This document shows positions 1 to 15,000 of a stretch of DNA of 64,000 bases, in pieces. The position numbers and the translations under genes were made by a program. Every line of letters starts with the position of its first letter. Positions within the stretch are counted from its first letter, which is position 1. Source of the stretch: Perkinsus chesapeaki ATCC PRA-425 (taxonomy: Eukaryota; Protista; Perkinsozoa); contig JAAPAO010000007.1 of the NCBI GenBank assembly GCA_013115145.1, forward strand, positions 62,001 through 126,000. The letters run 5' to 3'. Under the pieces are notes generated by a model that had not been told where the DNA came from, did not search any database, and worked only from the letters and a program-made list of their open reading frames with translations.

Positions 1-3000
1 TTCGCCGACAGGGTGCTGCCGAATCTGGCTACCGATCTGCAAGAAAGACTGGAACCTAGAGAAAGGTTATCCAACACGCTCAGCTTAGATGCCAGCCTGG
101 CGAATGACCTAAGTGAGATCGTAGAACCCAGGCTGCTCAATGATACGACAGAAAGGCTGGAGCCGGTACGCAGCAGGCCAAGTAACGAGAGGTCACAGCC
201 CATGCGAGTGAACTGCCGAACTGATAGAGAACTGCCCAAGTGAGTGAAGCCGATGGTGGATATCTTATAGATTGACCCTATCCTGGCGAGACCAAGGACA
301 GAAACACCACTACCTAGTCGAGTCATCGATCTTACAGACAGGCTGCTACCCAGGACGGCAAAGTCGACCAGAGTCAAGTCGCTTCCTAAGCGTGCGAAAG
401 ACCTCAGCGAAAGGGCGGAGCCGAAGTGGACGCTATCAAAGACTGATACTTGGCTACCAAAGCTTGCGGCGGAAAAAGCGGACATGACGCTACCAAACCT
501 TGCCGCCGACCTCAAAGAAAGCGAGCTTGCCAGGCCAACAAAATCGAAGACCGAATAGCAGCTGCCGAACCTAGCATAGCTCCGCACAGATAGGCTGCTG
601 CCAAGGTGAACTTCATCAAGTACAGAGAGAGCCGCTCCAACGCGAGACTGGGAGATAATCGACAGTCCGCTGCCGAGCCTGATAAAGCTCCTCAAAGACA
701 AGCTGCTACCGATGGCAGTAGAATCGAGAACAGTTAGCGACGAACTGAATCGCGCGAAAGACCTCAGCGAGAGCGAGGACCCGAAGCTGCTTTGACCGAC
801 CAGCGACATGGATGACCCCATGTAGCAGAACGATCGGAGAGAGAGCGTGCTACCGAATTCTGCCGAATCTAGTATAGACGTCTTGCTGCCGAGCCTAGCA
901 AACGACCTCAAAGAGAGGCTCGAACCGAAGAGGCCTCCAGCGATTACAGACAATTTATAAACCGAGCCGATTCGGGCAAGACCAGTTACAGATAAGCCAC
1001 TCCCGAAGCGAGCAACCGCGTGTAGTGACAACGAGCTCCCAAGTCCACAAGCGTCCAATACAGTCAAGCTCGCACCGAGTTGAGTGGAAGATAGAGCAGA
1101 GAGTGTGCTGCCAAATCGACTGAATGACCTCAGAGACAGCGAACTGGCTAGCTGAGAGGATGCAATCACCGACAGCTTGTAAACGGAGCCAACGCGTGCG
1201 AGGCCGTAAGCACTGATACCGCTACCGAATCGAGCTACGCTCCTCAGAGACAAGGAGCTGCCTAAGCCCACTGTGGCGAGGACAGTTAGGCTGGAGCCTA
1301 GTCGAGTCGAACCAAGAACAGACTGGGAACTACCAAACCTCATGAAGCTCCTGAGAGAGAGCGAGCTTCCAAGCAAAGCACCATCCAAGGCAGACAGACC
1401 GCTACCGAGGAAGCCACTGAGTGCTGCAGAGAGCGAGCTACCAGCTCTACAGAGGGACCGTACTGATAGAGAGCTACCAAGCTGCGCGTACCCAATGACC
1501 GAAGCCTTGGAGCCTAGGCGAGCAAAGGATCGGAGAGACAGAGAAGACCCGAATGCGGTACCGTCCAGAACGCTAGTGGACGAGCCCAGACGTGCAGCTG
1601 ATGCCGCGGAAAGGGTGCTTCCAAAACGCACGAGGGAACGCAAGGACAGCGAGCTGCCACAGGTTACGTGGTCTAGAACGGTAAGAGACGAACCTACTCT
1701 TGCAAGACCAACGGTAGACACCGCCGATCCGAGTCGAGCTATAGCCCGCAAGGACAAGGAGCTCCCGAGAGTGGTGAAGTCAAGAACGGATAGCTTGGAG
1801 CCAAACCTTGCGAGTGACCGAAGCGATAACGATGACCCACAAGTAGTTGCATCCAGAACGCTCATGGTGCCAGACAAGACGCTATCGCCGAACACCGATA
1901 CTGAGCTTCCTAGGCGGGCAAACGAGCGCAAAGATAAAGTGCTACCGAAATTGGTCATGCCAATCACGGAGAGTTCCGCGAGTGACTCAACTCGGAGCAC
2001 TCCGGCAACCGATAATCCGCTACCGGCTCTCACAACTGACCGGATTGACAGACTACTGCCAAGAGTAGTGAAATCAAGAACCGATAGATGCCCACTTAGC
2101 CTGGCGAATGACCGCAGTGAGAGTGACGATCCAAATGCTGCCTCACCAACCACGGATAAGGAGTCGCCAACCCGCAACCAAGAGTGTACCGAAAGCGAGC
2201 TACCAAGCCGAGCAAAATCTCTTAGGGACAGCGAACTGCCAAGTGTACAGACTTCCAAAGCAGAGAGCTTGCTACCTAACCTGGCAAACGATCGCATCGA
2301 CACCGATGAGCCAAAGCTGGCAAAGCTCAATACCGAAAGGTTTTCCCCTATCGATGCACCTTTCAGAGTAGAGATCGAGCTGCCGAGCCTTGCGAAGGCT
2401 CGGAGGGAGAGTGAGCTCGCGAAACTAGCCTGAGCTACGGCGGAAAGGCTATATACAGAGCCAATCCTTGCCAACCCAAGAACAGACACCGAGGAGCCGA
2501 GCCTCGCCATGCCTCTCAAAGACCAGGCGCTACCAAGTTTGACGAAGTCGAGAACGCTAGCTGAGCTTCCTAGTCTAGCAAATGATCGTAAAGACAGGCT
2601 AGATGCCAGATGTGTCTCTTTGACAACCGACATTGCATTACCGAGTCGGGCGCGACCCACTATCGAGAGGGAACTGCCGAATCTGGCGACGGACCTCAGG
2701 GACAGTGTACTGCCCAAAGCAGTGCATGTGAGCGCTGACAAGGAGCCTCCGAGCCTGGCGAAACTTCTTAGAGAAAGACTGCTGCCGAAGCCAGCGCTTC
2801 CTAGAACCGACATGCTGCTGCCAACGATCGCTTGCCCGAGGCAGGAAAGTGAGCTGCCTAACCTTGCCATAGCCTTCAATGAGACAGCACTACCGCAGTT
2901 CACGTAATCTAGTACACTCAATTTGCTGCCGAGTCTGGCAAAGGAGCGAAGAGAGAGCGAAGATCCCATGGCGCCTTGCCCGAGAACCGTGAGAGAACTA

Positions 3001-6000
3001 CCCGCGTTACAGCTACCGAAGGTCGACAGAGTGCTGCCGAGCCTCGACACCGCTCGTAAGCTAAGCGAGCTTCCAAATGATGCCCCATCGAAGATGGACA
3101 AGGTGCTACCGATGTTAGCTCTGCTGAAGACACTGAACGTGCTGCCGGCACGGCAAAAGCTTCTCAAAGAGAGACCGGAGCCGAAGGTAGCCATCGAGAC
3201 CGCTGAGACCGATGAACCTATACGCGCGACAGCTAAGACACTCAGTGACGATCCGGTTCGGATGAAGTTGCGAATCGACAGGGAGGAAGAGAACTGGGAG
3301 TATTCCACAACAGATAGGCGACCGCCGACTCTTGCTCGGCCGACAACAGAGACTTCACTGCCGAAGCGAGTAAATCCACGAACGGACATAGCTGAGCCCA
3401 TCAAGACGTAGTCGAAGATGGACACGGAAGAGCCTATCCTGGAAAGACCGAAGACCGAAAGCCTTCCACCAAGTCGACCAAAACTGGCCAGGGAAAGGGA
3501 GCTGCCGAAACCAGTGCAGTCGAGCACACTAAGACCCTTGCCTATGCGTGTGGAGTGGTATACTGAGGCAACACTGCCGATCCTAGCAAGAGAGCGTAGT
3601 GATAGAGCAGATGCGAGCGATGTAGCGTCGAATGCAGATAAGGTAGAGCCTAGACGCGTACTGGATAGCACACTCAAGTTGGAACCAAACCGCATAGAGG
3701 CTCGAAGGGACATAGAGCTACCTAGAGCCACATTGTCCAGAACCGACAAGGCACCGCCCATCCTAGCAGCGCTGAACATGGACAGCCCAGAACCCAGTCT
3801 GACGAAATCACGCAGCGAGAACGAGCTACCAAGGTTACAAAGCTCGAACACCGTGATGGAACTGCCGAACCTGGAGACCGAGCGGATCGAGAGGTTGCTG
3901 CCAAAATTAGCATAGTCGAAAACAGAGGCCGTACTACCGAGCCTACCGAAAGACCGCAGAGACAGTGACGAGCCGAAAGCAGATGCTCCAACGACCGACA
4001 GATCATGAAGGGAGCCGAGACGTGTGAGGCCGGCTACCGATACCGTGCTGCCAAACCTAGCGAAGGCTCTCAGTGATAGCGATGATCCCAAGTCGACGAA
4101 GTTCAGGACTGATATCGAGCTAGCAAGTCTGGATGCTCCGAACACCGAGAGCGTGCTGCCGAGCCGAGTGAAGGCGTTGAGAGAGAGGCTGCTTCCTAAG
4201 TTTGTCATATCAAAGGTCGAAAGGGGTTTGCCGTAGCGGGTTATCGCAGCAAAGGACACGCCGCTGCCAAACCTCATGAAGCTTCTCAAAGACAGGGAAC
4301 TTCCGAGAACTGCCGCGTCCGCAACAGACACTCTTGACCCGAACCGAGCAAATGATCGTAGGGAAAGAGATGAGCCAAATGTAGCACCTGCCACGACGGA
4401 AAGCTTGTACACAGAAGCCAGTCGAGTAACACCACCGACTGATAAGCCGGAGCCGAGTCGGGCGAAGCTCCTGATTGACAGGGCGCTACCGAAGATCATG
4501 GCATCAAAGGCAGATAGTCGCTTACCGAAGCGGCCAAAGGAACCAAGTGATACGGAGCTACCAAGATTCACCGAGTCGAGCGCACTAAGCGTCCTCGTTA
4601 AGCGAGAAAGACCGGTGATAGAGCAGCCGCTTCCTAGGCGCATCAGACCCCGGAGCGAGAGAGAACTGCCGAAACTGGTTGCGTCAAGAGCAGAGAGAGT
4701 TCGTCCAAACTGAGCTTGACTGAAAACGGAAATTTGGCTGCCGAATCGACCAAGGGACCGCAAGCTTAGTGAGCTGCCGAGGCTGACGAAATCAAATACA
4801 GAGGTAGGCGAGCCAAGTCGAGTGAAGCTGGTCACCGACAGAGTTGAGCCGAACGTACCATAATCGAGAACGGACAAAGCAGAGGCAAGCGTGGTAGAGC
4901 TATACACAGACATACTGCTGCCGAAGCGCGACACTGCCCGAAGAGAGAGGCTGCTACCGTAGGTCGTAGCATCGAGCACACTGAGAGAGTCACCGAGCCG
5001 AGCATCGGACATAACCGAAAGGACACTGCCTAGGCGCACAAAGGACCTCAGCGATAGACCAGATCCAAGTGCCATTGCACCCAATACACTCATAGAGCCG
5101 CTAACGCGTGACTTGCTAGTGAGTGACAGTGAGCTTCCCAGGCGAGCACTCCCTCTCAACGACAGGGAGCTACCGAGAGCAGCATAACCTAAGATGCTAG
5201 CGGATGCTCCGAGCCGTGCAAACGAGCGCAGAGAAAGAGAAGACGCCAGCTCTGTTTGGGCAATGACCGACAGCTTGAACACCGAGCCTATACGGGTCAA
5301 CCCAGCAACAGATAAGCCGCTGCCAACACGAGCGAAGCTGCGCACCGACAGAGAGCTACCCAAAGCAGTTCCAGCAATAACCGATAGCTTATATACAGAA
5401 CCTACCCGAGCCAAGCCAACAACGCTCAGACCGCTGCCAATTCGAGTGAACTGTCGAACCGATAAGGAGCTTCCGAGACATGCGTACTCCAAAGCACTCA
5501 AGGCACCGCTGACCCTGGCAAATGCTCGAACCGAAAGGGACGATCCGAGGTCAGTGAATCCGACCGCAGAGCAAGAGCCACCGAACCTAGCCCAACTAAG
5601 CGAGCTGAGGGCACTTCCAAGCCTTCCAGTACCAGCAACAGATATGCCGCTACCTAGTCGTGCGTGGGCACGGAGAGACATAGAGCTACCACAAGTGGCA
5701 AAGTCCATAACCGTGACTTTGGAGCCCATCCTGGCGAAGCTTCGCAAGGACAACGAGCTACCGAAGTCAGCTAGACTGGTTACAGACATGGTGCCCATAC
5801 CAATCATGTTGCCGACAATCGATAGAGAACTTCCCAATCGAGCAAAGCTTCTCAGTGACAAGGCGCTGCCGACATCAGTCTGTGCTATGACAGAAAGTCG
5901 GTACGCTGAACCCAAGCGGAGCAGACCGACCATTGACAAACCGCTGCCGAGTCTGGCTACATTACGGAGGCTCATGGAGCTACCACAACTAGCATAGTCC

Positions 6001-9000
6001 AAGACGGAGAGTTTGCTGCTAAGACGAGTGAGGCTTCGTAAACTGCATGAGCTACCGAAGCTAACTGCATCCAAAGCACTCAGTGTACTGCCGGTTCGTA
6101 ACCATCCCAGAGAGCTCGTCAATGAGCCGATATGCAGTCCAGTGGTAACCGATAGGGTGCTGCCAAGGCGACCGAATGAACGGAGGGAAAGGGTGCTTCC
6201 GAAGGAAGTGCACGCCAGGACACTCATCTTCTCTCCTACGCGTGCGAAGAACCTCAACGATAACGAGGAGCTCAATGATGCCGCTTCCAACACCGATACT
6301 TGACTCCCGAGTCGTCCAAATCCACGCAGCGAAAGGGTGGAACCGAAAGCAACTTCGTTAAGTACCGACAAGGTCGACCCTAAGTTTGTTGCGGCGAAAA
6401 CAGAAGCGACACTTCCCAATCTGGCCATGGTCCGTAAAGAGAGAGATGAGCCGAAGTCTGTGCTATCTAGGGCAGACAACTTGCTTCCGAACCTCGCTAA
6501 CGAGCGTAGTGACAAAGACGATCCAAATTGAGCTGCTCCTAAAATGCTTGTAGTGTCACCGAGCCGAGTCCAGGACAGTAAGCTCGCCGTCGAACCACCG
6601 CGTATCCCGTCGAAGACAGAGACAGTACTACCAAATCGAGCAAAGGAGCGGAGAGATAGACTGCTTCCAATAGCAACTTGGCACAGGGCGGAGCTTTGAC
6701 TGCCTAAGCGGGCAAACGATCGCAATGATAGGGAAGACCCGCAAGTGCTGCTGGCAAGAACTGAGATGGCACTGCCGCACCGAGACACTCCCGATACCGA
6801 TAGAACGCTGCCAAAGCGCACGAGAGTGCGGACGGATAACGAGCTTCCAAGGGTAACATAGTCCAGGATAGACGCAGATGAGCCAACACGGCCAAAGGAC
6901 CGGAGCGACAACGTTGAGCCAAAATTGCTGCAACCCAAAGTAGAGATAGAATCTCCCAGTCTAGTTGCTGACAACACAGAGGCCGTCGAACCAAGTCGGG
7001 CCATGGCTCTCAATGACAAGGAACTAGCAAAGCTTGATGTGGCGATAACAGATAGCTTATACAGAGAGCCAACACGTGCCAGGCCAGTCACCGAGATACC
7101 GCTGCCGAGTCTAGCCACCGAACGGAGGGACAACGAGCTCCCTAAGCATGCATAGTCAATGACCGTCGTTTTACTGCCGAGTCTAGCAAAAGACCTCAAG
7201 GACAGACTGGACGCGAAGGATGTCTTGCCCAAGGCAGACAAAGTAGAACCGAGCCTACACTGCGAGAACACGCTGGCGCTGCTGCCAAGTCTAGCAAAGG
7301 ATGTCAGGGAGAGAGCGCTACCCAGTAGTGTGAAGTCCAGTATGCTAACCTTAGAGCCGGTTCTAGCAAACGACCTCAGAGAAAGGGAGGAGCCAAGATC
7401 GGCGCAGGCGAGTGTGCTTGCCTTACTGCCGAAGCGAGCAAAGCTTCGCAAAGATAGCGAGGAACCAAAGGCAGTCGTACCGATGACGGACATACTAGAG
7501 CCGACCCGAGCAGCCCCATAAACCGAGCACGAACTACCGATCCTCAAAGCGGCCCTTAAAGACAGCGCACTGCCGAGGCAAGTACGATCAAGAACTGTCA
7601 ACTTGCTACCGAGCCTTGCAAAGCTTCTAAGGGAAAGCGATGAGCCCAGAGTTGCCTCTTCTACTGCGGAGAGAGATTGGCCTACTCTGACAAGCCCTTG
7701 TAGAGAGACATTGCTGCCTAGCCTGGCGAAGGATCGCAGAGACAAGGAGCTACCGAAGGTCATACCGGCTATGACGGAGAGGTCGTACACCGAGCCCAGA
7801 CGAGCTAGCCCGAAGACGGATACACCACTGCCGCAGCGAGCCATCGCCCGAACGGACAGAGAGCTGCCGATGAGCACGTAATCGAGAGCGCTAACCTTAC
7901 TACCAAGCCGGGCGAAAGATCTCAGGGACAGCGACGAGCCAAACTCGGTCTGCGCAAGGACTGATAGGGTGTCTCCAAGACTTGTAGAGGCAATCGCCGA
8001 TAGTGAGGACCCAACATTAACAGTACCAACCATCGAAAGGGAACTTCCGAGACGAGCGAAGCATCGCATAGATACGCTGCTGCCTAAAGTAGTGTAGTCC
8101 AAAGCGGAGAGCTTGCCACCTAGTCTGGCAAAGGTGCGAACGGACAAAGAGGAGCCAAGCTCAGCCTGTGCCACCGTGCTGAACCCAGAACCGAAGCGAG
8201 CAAAGGATCGCAAGGATAGAGAAGAAGCGCAAGTAGTAGCAGCTATAACGGAAAGCTTGTAGACCGATCCGATCCGAGCGAGCCCAACCACTGAAAGGCC
8301 GCTACCAACGCGGACAAATTGCCGCACCGACAGGGAGCTGCCGAGGTTTGTGAAGTCTAGAATACTAGTCTTGCTTCCGATCCTCGAGAAAGACCTCAAA
8401 GAAAGAGCGGAACCGAACTGGACGGAGTCTACTACGGACAATGTCGAACCCATCCTCGTATAATCAAGGACAGATAGCGAGCTAGATACTTGAGCTGCAC
8501 CAGTAACAGAGATGCAGCTGCCTAGACGGGCAAAGCTTCTCAGTGAGAGGCTGCTTGCGAGGTGCTGGGATGCTATCACAGAAAGCTTGTAAACTGATCC
8601 GATCCGGGTAAGCCCCTTCACAGACATACCGCTGCCAAGGCGTGCCATCGAACGCAGCGAAAGAGAAGAGCCCAGATCGACCTCAGATAGAACACTGCTG
8701 CTGCTACCAAATCGACTGAAGGACCGTATTGACAATGTGCTACCGATCTGACCGAAGTCGAATAAGCTCATCGACTGACCTAGTCGTGCAAGAGATTGCA
8801 GAGACATAGTGCTGCCGAGACGAGCACAGGACCTCAGTGAGAGAGAGCTGCCGAAACTCGCCTGTGATATCACAGACAAGGAGTATACTGATCCGACGCG
8901 AGTGAGGCCAGTGACAGATAAAGTACTCCCGAGGCGAGCGGTACCACGCACCGATAACGAGCTGCCAAGTTGTACAAAGTCAAGCACGCTAGCGTAGCTC

Positions 9001-12000
9001 CCGAGACGAGCGAAGGACCTTAGCGACAGCGAGGAGCCGAATGCAGTTGACGCCACCGCTGATAGAGAACTGCCGAGCGATGCAGTCTGGACGACTGACA
9101 GCGAGCTACCAATACGAGCTAAGCTCCGGACCGATAGCGAGCTAGCAAGAGTTGTGTAGTCAAGGACTGAGACTGAGCTACTTAAACGAGCAAAGGACCT
9201 CAGTGACAGCGTAGAGCCAAAGCTCCCTGCAGACAAGACTGAGACGCTACTGCTAATACGGGCCAAGCCGGCTACAGAAACACTACTTCCCATCCTGGCC
9301 ACTGCTCTTAGAGACAAGGAGCTCCCGACGGTTGTAGAGGCTATAACAGAGAGCTTATACATTGATCCAACTCTGGTGAGACCGAGGACCGATAGCCCAC
9401 TGCCGAGCCTTGCGAATGCGCGCAAGCTGAGCGAGCTTGAAAGACAGGCCGTGTCAACCACAGAGAGCTTGCTGGCCAGTCTGACGAAAGAGCGCAGAGA
9501 GAGGGAAGATCCCAAACCGATCTTGCCGATAACACTGAGGCTATCCCCGACGACACTCTTCCCGAGGACAGAGACTGTGCTGCCTAGCCTCAACATATCT
9601 CGCAAGGACAGGGAACTACCTAGAGTAACAAAGTCTAAGACAGTGACGTCGCTTCCAAGTCGAGCAAAGGAGCGCAAGGAGAGCGACGAGCCCATAGTAG
9701 ATGCGGCGATCACAGAAAGCTTGTAAACCGAGCCCACGCGACAGAGGGCCGCAACCGATATACTTGAGCCGAATCGAGCGATGCTGCGAACAGATAAACT
9801 GCTGCCAAGTGAGACCGCATCAAGCACCGATAAGCCGCAAGCGAGACGACCAGCAGCGGTCGCAGATAAGCTACTACCGAGTCGAGCGAAGCTCCTCAAA
9901 GACAGGGAGCTACCGAAACCCGAGTCGTCAATCACAGAGAGTCTATAAACGGATCCAACGCGAGCTAGGCCAAGCACAGAGATTCCGCTACCGAAGCGAG
10001 CAACGCTGCGTAGAGACAGAGAGGAACCGAAGTGGACAGCATCCAAAGTAGAAAGGGTCTCGCCTAAGCGGGCACGCGACACTGTCGATAGACCGCTTCC
10101 GCAACGACAGAAGTCACGTAGAGACAGAGAACTGCCGAGAGTCGTGAAGTCAAGAATAGACACACTGCTGCCGAGTCGAGCGAATGAGCGAAGAGATAGC
10201 GATGAACCAAATGCGGAGGTTGCTATAACTGATAGGTCATATACCGAGCCGATTCTCGCTAGACCTGTTACGGAAAGACCGCTGCCGATCCTGGCGAATG
10301 ATCGCAAAGAGAGCGAGCTCGCTAGGTTAGATGCTGCAATTACCGATATGCGGTAAACTGAACCTATTCTAGCTAGGCCACAAACTGACACACCGCTTCC
10401 GAGTCTTGCCATGGACCGTAGAGAGAGCGAACTCCCCAACAGACTGTAATCCAGTACAGTGACTTTACTGCCACACCGAGCAAAGGAACGGAGCGACAAG
10501 CTCGAGCCGAACTCCGTTGCGCTCATAATCGAGAGGGCAGAACCGATAGTTGCCGAGCTCAGTGTAGATAGGCCACTACCCAAGCGAGCAGCTGCACGAA
10601 CTGAGAGGGTGCTGCCTAGCACGAGGAAGTCGAGAACCGAAGCCTGGCTTGCTAAGCGAGCGAAGCTGCGTAATGATAGAGATGATCCTAACTCACTCTG
10701 TGCAATGATCGATAACGACTCGCCCAGTTCGGCACTGCCCAGGACAGATATAGAGCTGCCGAGACGAGCGAAGCTCCGCAGTGACAGAGAGCTTCCGAAA
10801 CCACTACAAGCGATAACCGAGAGCTGATACACCGATCCTACACGAGCGAGCCCATAGACAGAGGCTGAAGACCCAACGCGAGCTACACCACGTAAACTAA
10901 GAGAGCTCCCGAGAGTCACGAAGTCGAGAACGCTCAGTTTGCTACCGAAACGGGCGAAGGACCTCAGAGACAGCGAGGAGGCCAAACTTGCGTCGGCTAT
11001 GGTAGAGAGCTTGTAAAGGGAACCAAGACGCACTAAACCGGTTATCGAAATACCGCTGCCCAACCTAGCAAAACCTCTGACAGAGAGGGAGCTACCGATA
11101 CCCACGGCTGCGATAGCAGATAGTTTATAGACGGACCCTACCCGTGTGAGACCAGTAACAGAGAGGCCACTGCCGAGGCGAGCCATGGACCGCAGTGACA
11201 GGGAGCTACCGAGAGTGATGCAACCAAGAACTGTCGACGCACTCCCTAGCCTGGATAGAGAACGTAGGGAGAGGGACGAACCAAAGGCTACTTGGCCGAT
11301 AGTAGAGAGGCAGCTGCACATTTGCACCCGGCTAAGCACAGAAAGGCCACTGCCAAGCCTAGCAATAGCGCGAAGAGACATAGAGCTGCCCATTATAGCC
11401 TGATCTATCACAGACAGCTTATAAACAGATCCTACTCTGGCCAACGATGCTACGCTAATACCACTGCCGAAGCGCACAAACGACCGAAGGGAGAGTGAAC
11501 TGCCGAAGGACGCAGCTCCGATCACACTCAAATTGCTGCCCAGTCTGGCCATGCCTCGAAGAGACAGTGTAGAGCCAAATGACGCAGCAGATATGAGACT
11601 CATGGAAGAGGAGAGTCGAGCCCAACCTAGTATTGAGAGATGCGAACCAAACCTGGCACACGATCTTAGTGAGAGGGCGCTGCCAAGGTAGGCGCTGTCG
11701 ATGGTTGACAGCTTATAGAGAGAACCAATACGTGCTAGGCCGGTGACGGACACTCCACTGCCAAATCTGGCTACACCGCGGAGCGACAAAGCACTACCGA
11801 GAGCAACGTTGTCCAGAACAGTGAGTTGGCTTGCAAGCCTAGCAAACGAGCGCAGCGAGAGGGAGGATCCGAAGTGAGCGTCAGATGCTACTGAGAGAGC
11901 AGCACCCAACTGAGAGTCGGCGAAAGCAGAGATAACACTTCCAAAGCGTACAAGAGATCGAACAGACAGGCTGCTACCGAGGGTGGTGAAGTCGAGGACA

Positions 12001-15000
12001 GAAGCTGAGCTTCCGAGTCTGGCGAAGCTCCTTAGTGATAGACTGCTTGCAAAAGAGGAGGTGGCAATGACCGATAGTTGATAGACCGAACCAATACGTG
12101 CAAGGCCAGTCACAGAGATGCCGCTACCAAATCTAGCTGTTGACCTCAAGGATAGAGAAGAGCCGAAACTTGTGTAATCCAGGACAGAAATTGACTCGCC
12201 AACACGGCAGGCACTAAGCAAACTCAGTCCCGAGCCGATCCTAGCGAAGCTCCGTAACGAAGTAGAGCTTCCGAGATGAGAGAAGCCAACTGTGGAGAGG
12301 CTAGCGCCCAGAGAAGCAGTCGAGACTGCACTGATGGAGCTACCCAACCTGGCCATTGACCTCACCGACAAGCTGCTGCCGAGGTGAACAAAATCAATAA
12401 TAGAAGCACTGCTACCCGCTCTCATGAATGACCTCAAAGAGAGAGAAGATCCCAAGTGCGCCTCGGAAATGACAGAGAGCTTGTAAACCGATCCTATCCT
12501 GGCGAGTTGCTGGACTGAGATGCCCGAACCGAGTCGGGCAAAGCTGCGTACTGACAAAGCACTGCCTAGAGCAGCGGAAGCAATCGTAGAAAGATAGTAG
12601 ACAGAGCCTACCCGGGCCAGGCCAAGGACCGATGCACCGCTGCCAAGTCTAGCAAAGGACCGCAGAGATAGTGAGCTCGCTAGATTGGTAGCATCGTAGA
12701 CCGATGTTCGGCTTCCAAGCCGAGAAAACGAACGGAGGCTAAGCGAGCTGCCAAAGTCAGCCTGTTCCACCACTGAGAGGGAGTCTCCGAGCTTAGCTTG
12801 ACCATAAAGCGAGAAACTACTTCCTATACGGGCGAAGCTTCTCAGGGATAGTGCGCTAGCAAACTGCGCGCGATCTATCACAGACAGGCTGTAGGCAGAG
12901 CCAACGCGGGCTAGGCCAATAACAGAAATGCCGCTGCCCAGTCTAGCGAAGCTCCTCAACGAGAGTGAGCTACCGAAGGTGATGCAGTCAGTAACCGAAA
13001 GCTTCGATCCTAGTCTGGCAAAGGCTCTCATAGAGCAACTGCTGCCGAGAGCGGCACTATCAAGAACTGAGAACTTGTCGCCAATACGAGTTCTGCCCAA
13101 AGCGGACAAGGCGCTGCCTAGACGAACCGTGCCTGTGACTGACATAGAAGAGCCCAGCCGGGCAGTAGCTCTGAGAGACATTGAACTACCAAAGCATGTG
13201 TAGTCCAGAGCAGAAAGCTTGCTGCCGAGCCTAGCGAAGCTCCTCAAAGATAGGGATGATCCGAAATGGGCACTCCCTACAGCTGAGACCGCAGTCCCTA
13301 TCATAGCCCGACCGAGGGCAGATACGCCACTTCCGATACGCATTAACTGGCGTAAAGAGAGCGAGCTTCCCAACGAAACTGCATCCACAGCAGACAGAGT
13401 GGAACCGACTCGAACCTTCGAGAGAACCGACAAGGAGCTACCGAATCGGGCAAAGCTTCGGCACGAGAGCCCACTGCCTACCCACACCGACGAGATCGTC
13501 GACACGGAGCCTGCACGAGTCCAGCCGAATACGGATAGACTGCTACCGAGCCTACCGAATCTCTGAACGCTTAGCGATGAGCCAAGATTGACGAAGCTAA
13601 GGACAGAGATGGCGCTGCCTAGCCTCGCTACACCGAGAGCAGTCAAAGAGGAACCAAGTCGAGCAGCTGTCATGACGGACGCACTGCTACCGAGGCGAGC
13701 AAACGACCGCAGAGAGAGGGAAGACCCAAAGGCGCCACTATCCAATACGGACATCACACCTTTCACGTAGCTATAGGCCTCAACTGATAGGCTACTACCA
13801 ATATGGGTGGATCCGCAAACAGATGCAGAAGAGCCCATACGAACGTATCCTCTCAGAGATAGAGAGCTGCCGAGGGTAGTATAGTCAAGAACTGAATATC
13901 TTCCGCCAGTAAGGGACCTACCCGCTGTAGAGAGGGAGCTGCCGAGGCGGGCGATCGCTCGTAGGGAGAGGCCGCTACCAAAGCTGCTGTACCCCACCGC
14001 ACTCAGGCTGGAGCCCAGGCGACCCCAGCCAAGAGCAGATAGAGATCCACCGATACGGGTGCAGCTAGCTGCTGAAGCAGAACTTCCAAGACGAGCGAAA
14101 GCGCGAAGTGACAGGGAGCTGCCGAAGGCCGCATAGTCGAGAACAGTTGTATGGCCACCAAGCCGAGCAAATGAGCGCAGCGACATGCTGCTGCCGAAGT
14201 TCGCGTTTTGATAAGCAGATATGGTAGAGCCAGCCCATAACGCCCCTGCGCTTGACAGTACGCTACCGAGGCGAGCAAAGGAGCGCAAAGAGGCCGAGGA
14301 ACTGATAGTTGCCACTCCGACTATGGAAAGGGCATCACCAAATCTAGCCAAGCCATATATGGAGTACGTTGAGCCAAGGCGAGCCATCGACCTCATTGAT
14401 AGACCCGAGTTTAGGAATACTGTATCAAAAACTGATAGTGTGCTCCCGAGCATGCCGAGACCGGCCAGCGACAGTCGACTGCCGAGTCTTGCGAAAGACC
14501 GAACCGACAGAGATGAGCCTAACTCGACCGCTCCATACGCTGATAGCGGTGTCAAACCAGTGAGCTGGCCAGAGATGCTAACACAGGAGCCGAACCGCGC
14601 GAAGCCTCTAAGGGAGAGAGAACTTCCAAGGTTTGCCTGCTCGAACGTGCTCAACGAGCCCAGGCGAGAATCGGCGAAGACTGAGAGGCCGCTGCCCAAG
14701 CGAGCGGAAGCACGCAATGACATTGTGCTACCGAGAATGGTGTAGTCGAGAACGCTAACCTTACTCCCTAACCGAGACAGAGAGCGAACCGAGAGAGAGG
14801 ATCCCAAGGTAGCTGCTGAAAAGGCTGATAGGACATTACCGAACCTTGCAAAAGAGCCCAGGGAGAGCGAGCTGCCTAGGTTGCTTTGATCCAGGATACT
14901 GACCCTGGAGCCGAACCTAGCGAAACTGCGGAGCGATATAGAGCTAGATAAGTGAGTGTAGTCTACGACTGAGAGAGAGCTGCCAATAAGGGCAGACCCC

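Noticed and set aside
13860-14600. Possible non-repeat domain or hinge inside the giant exon (GSSLSTAGRSLT-GGRYSVLDYTTL; GSCVSISGQLTG-LTPLSAYGAVEL)
   Set aside because: Translation shows the 12-aa register is kept, so these are divergent units and not an inserted domain.
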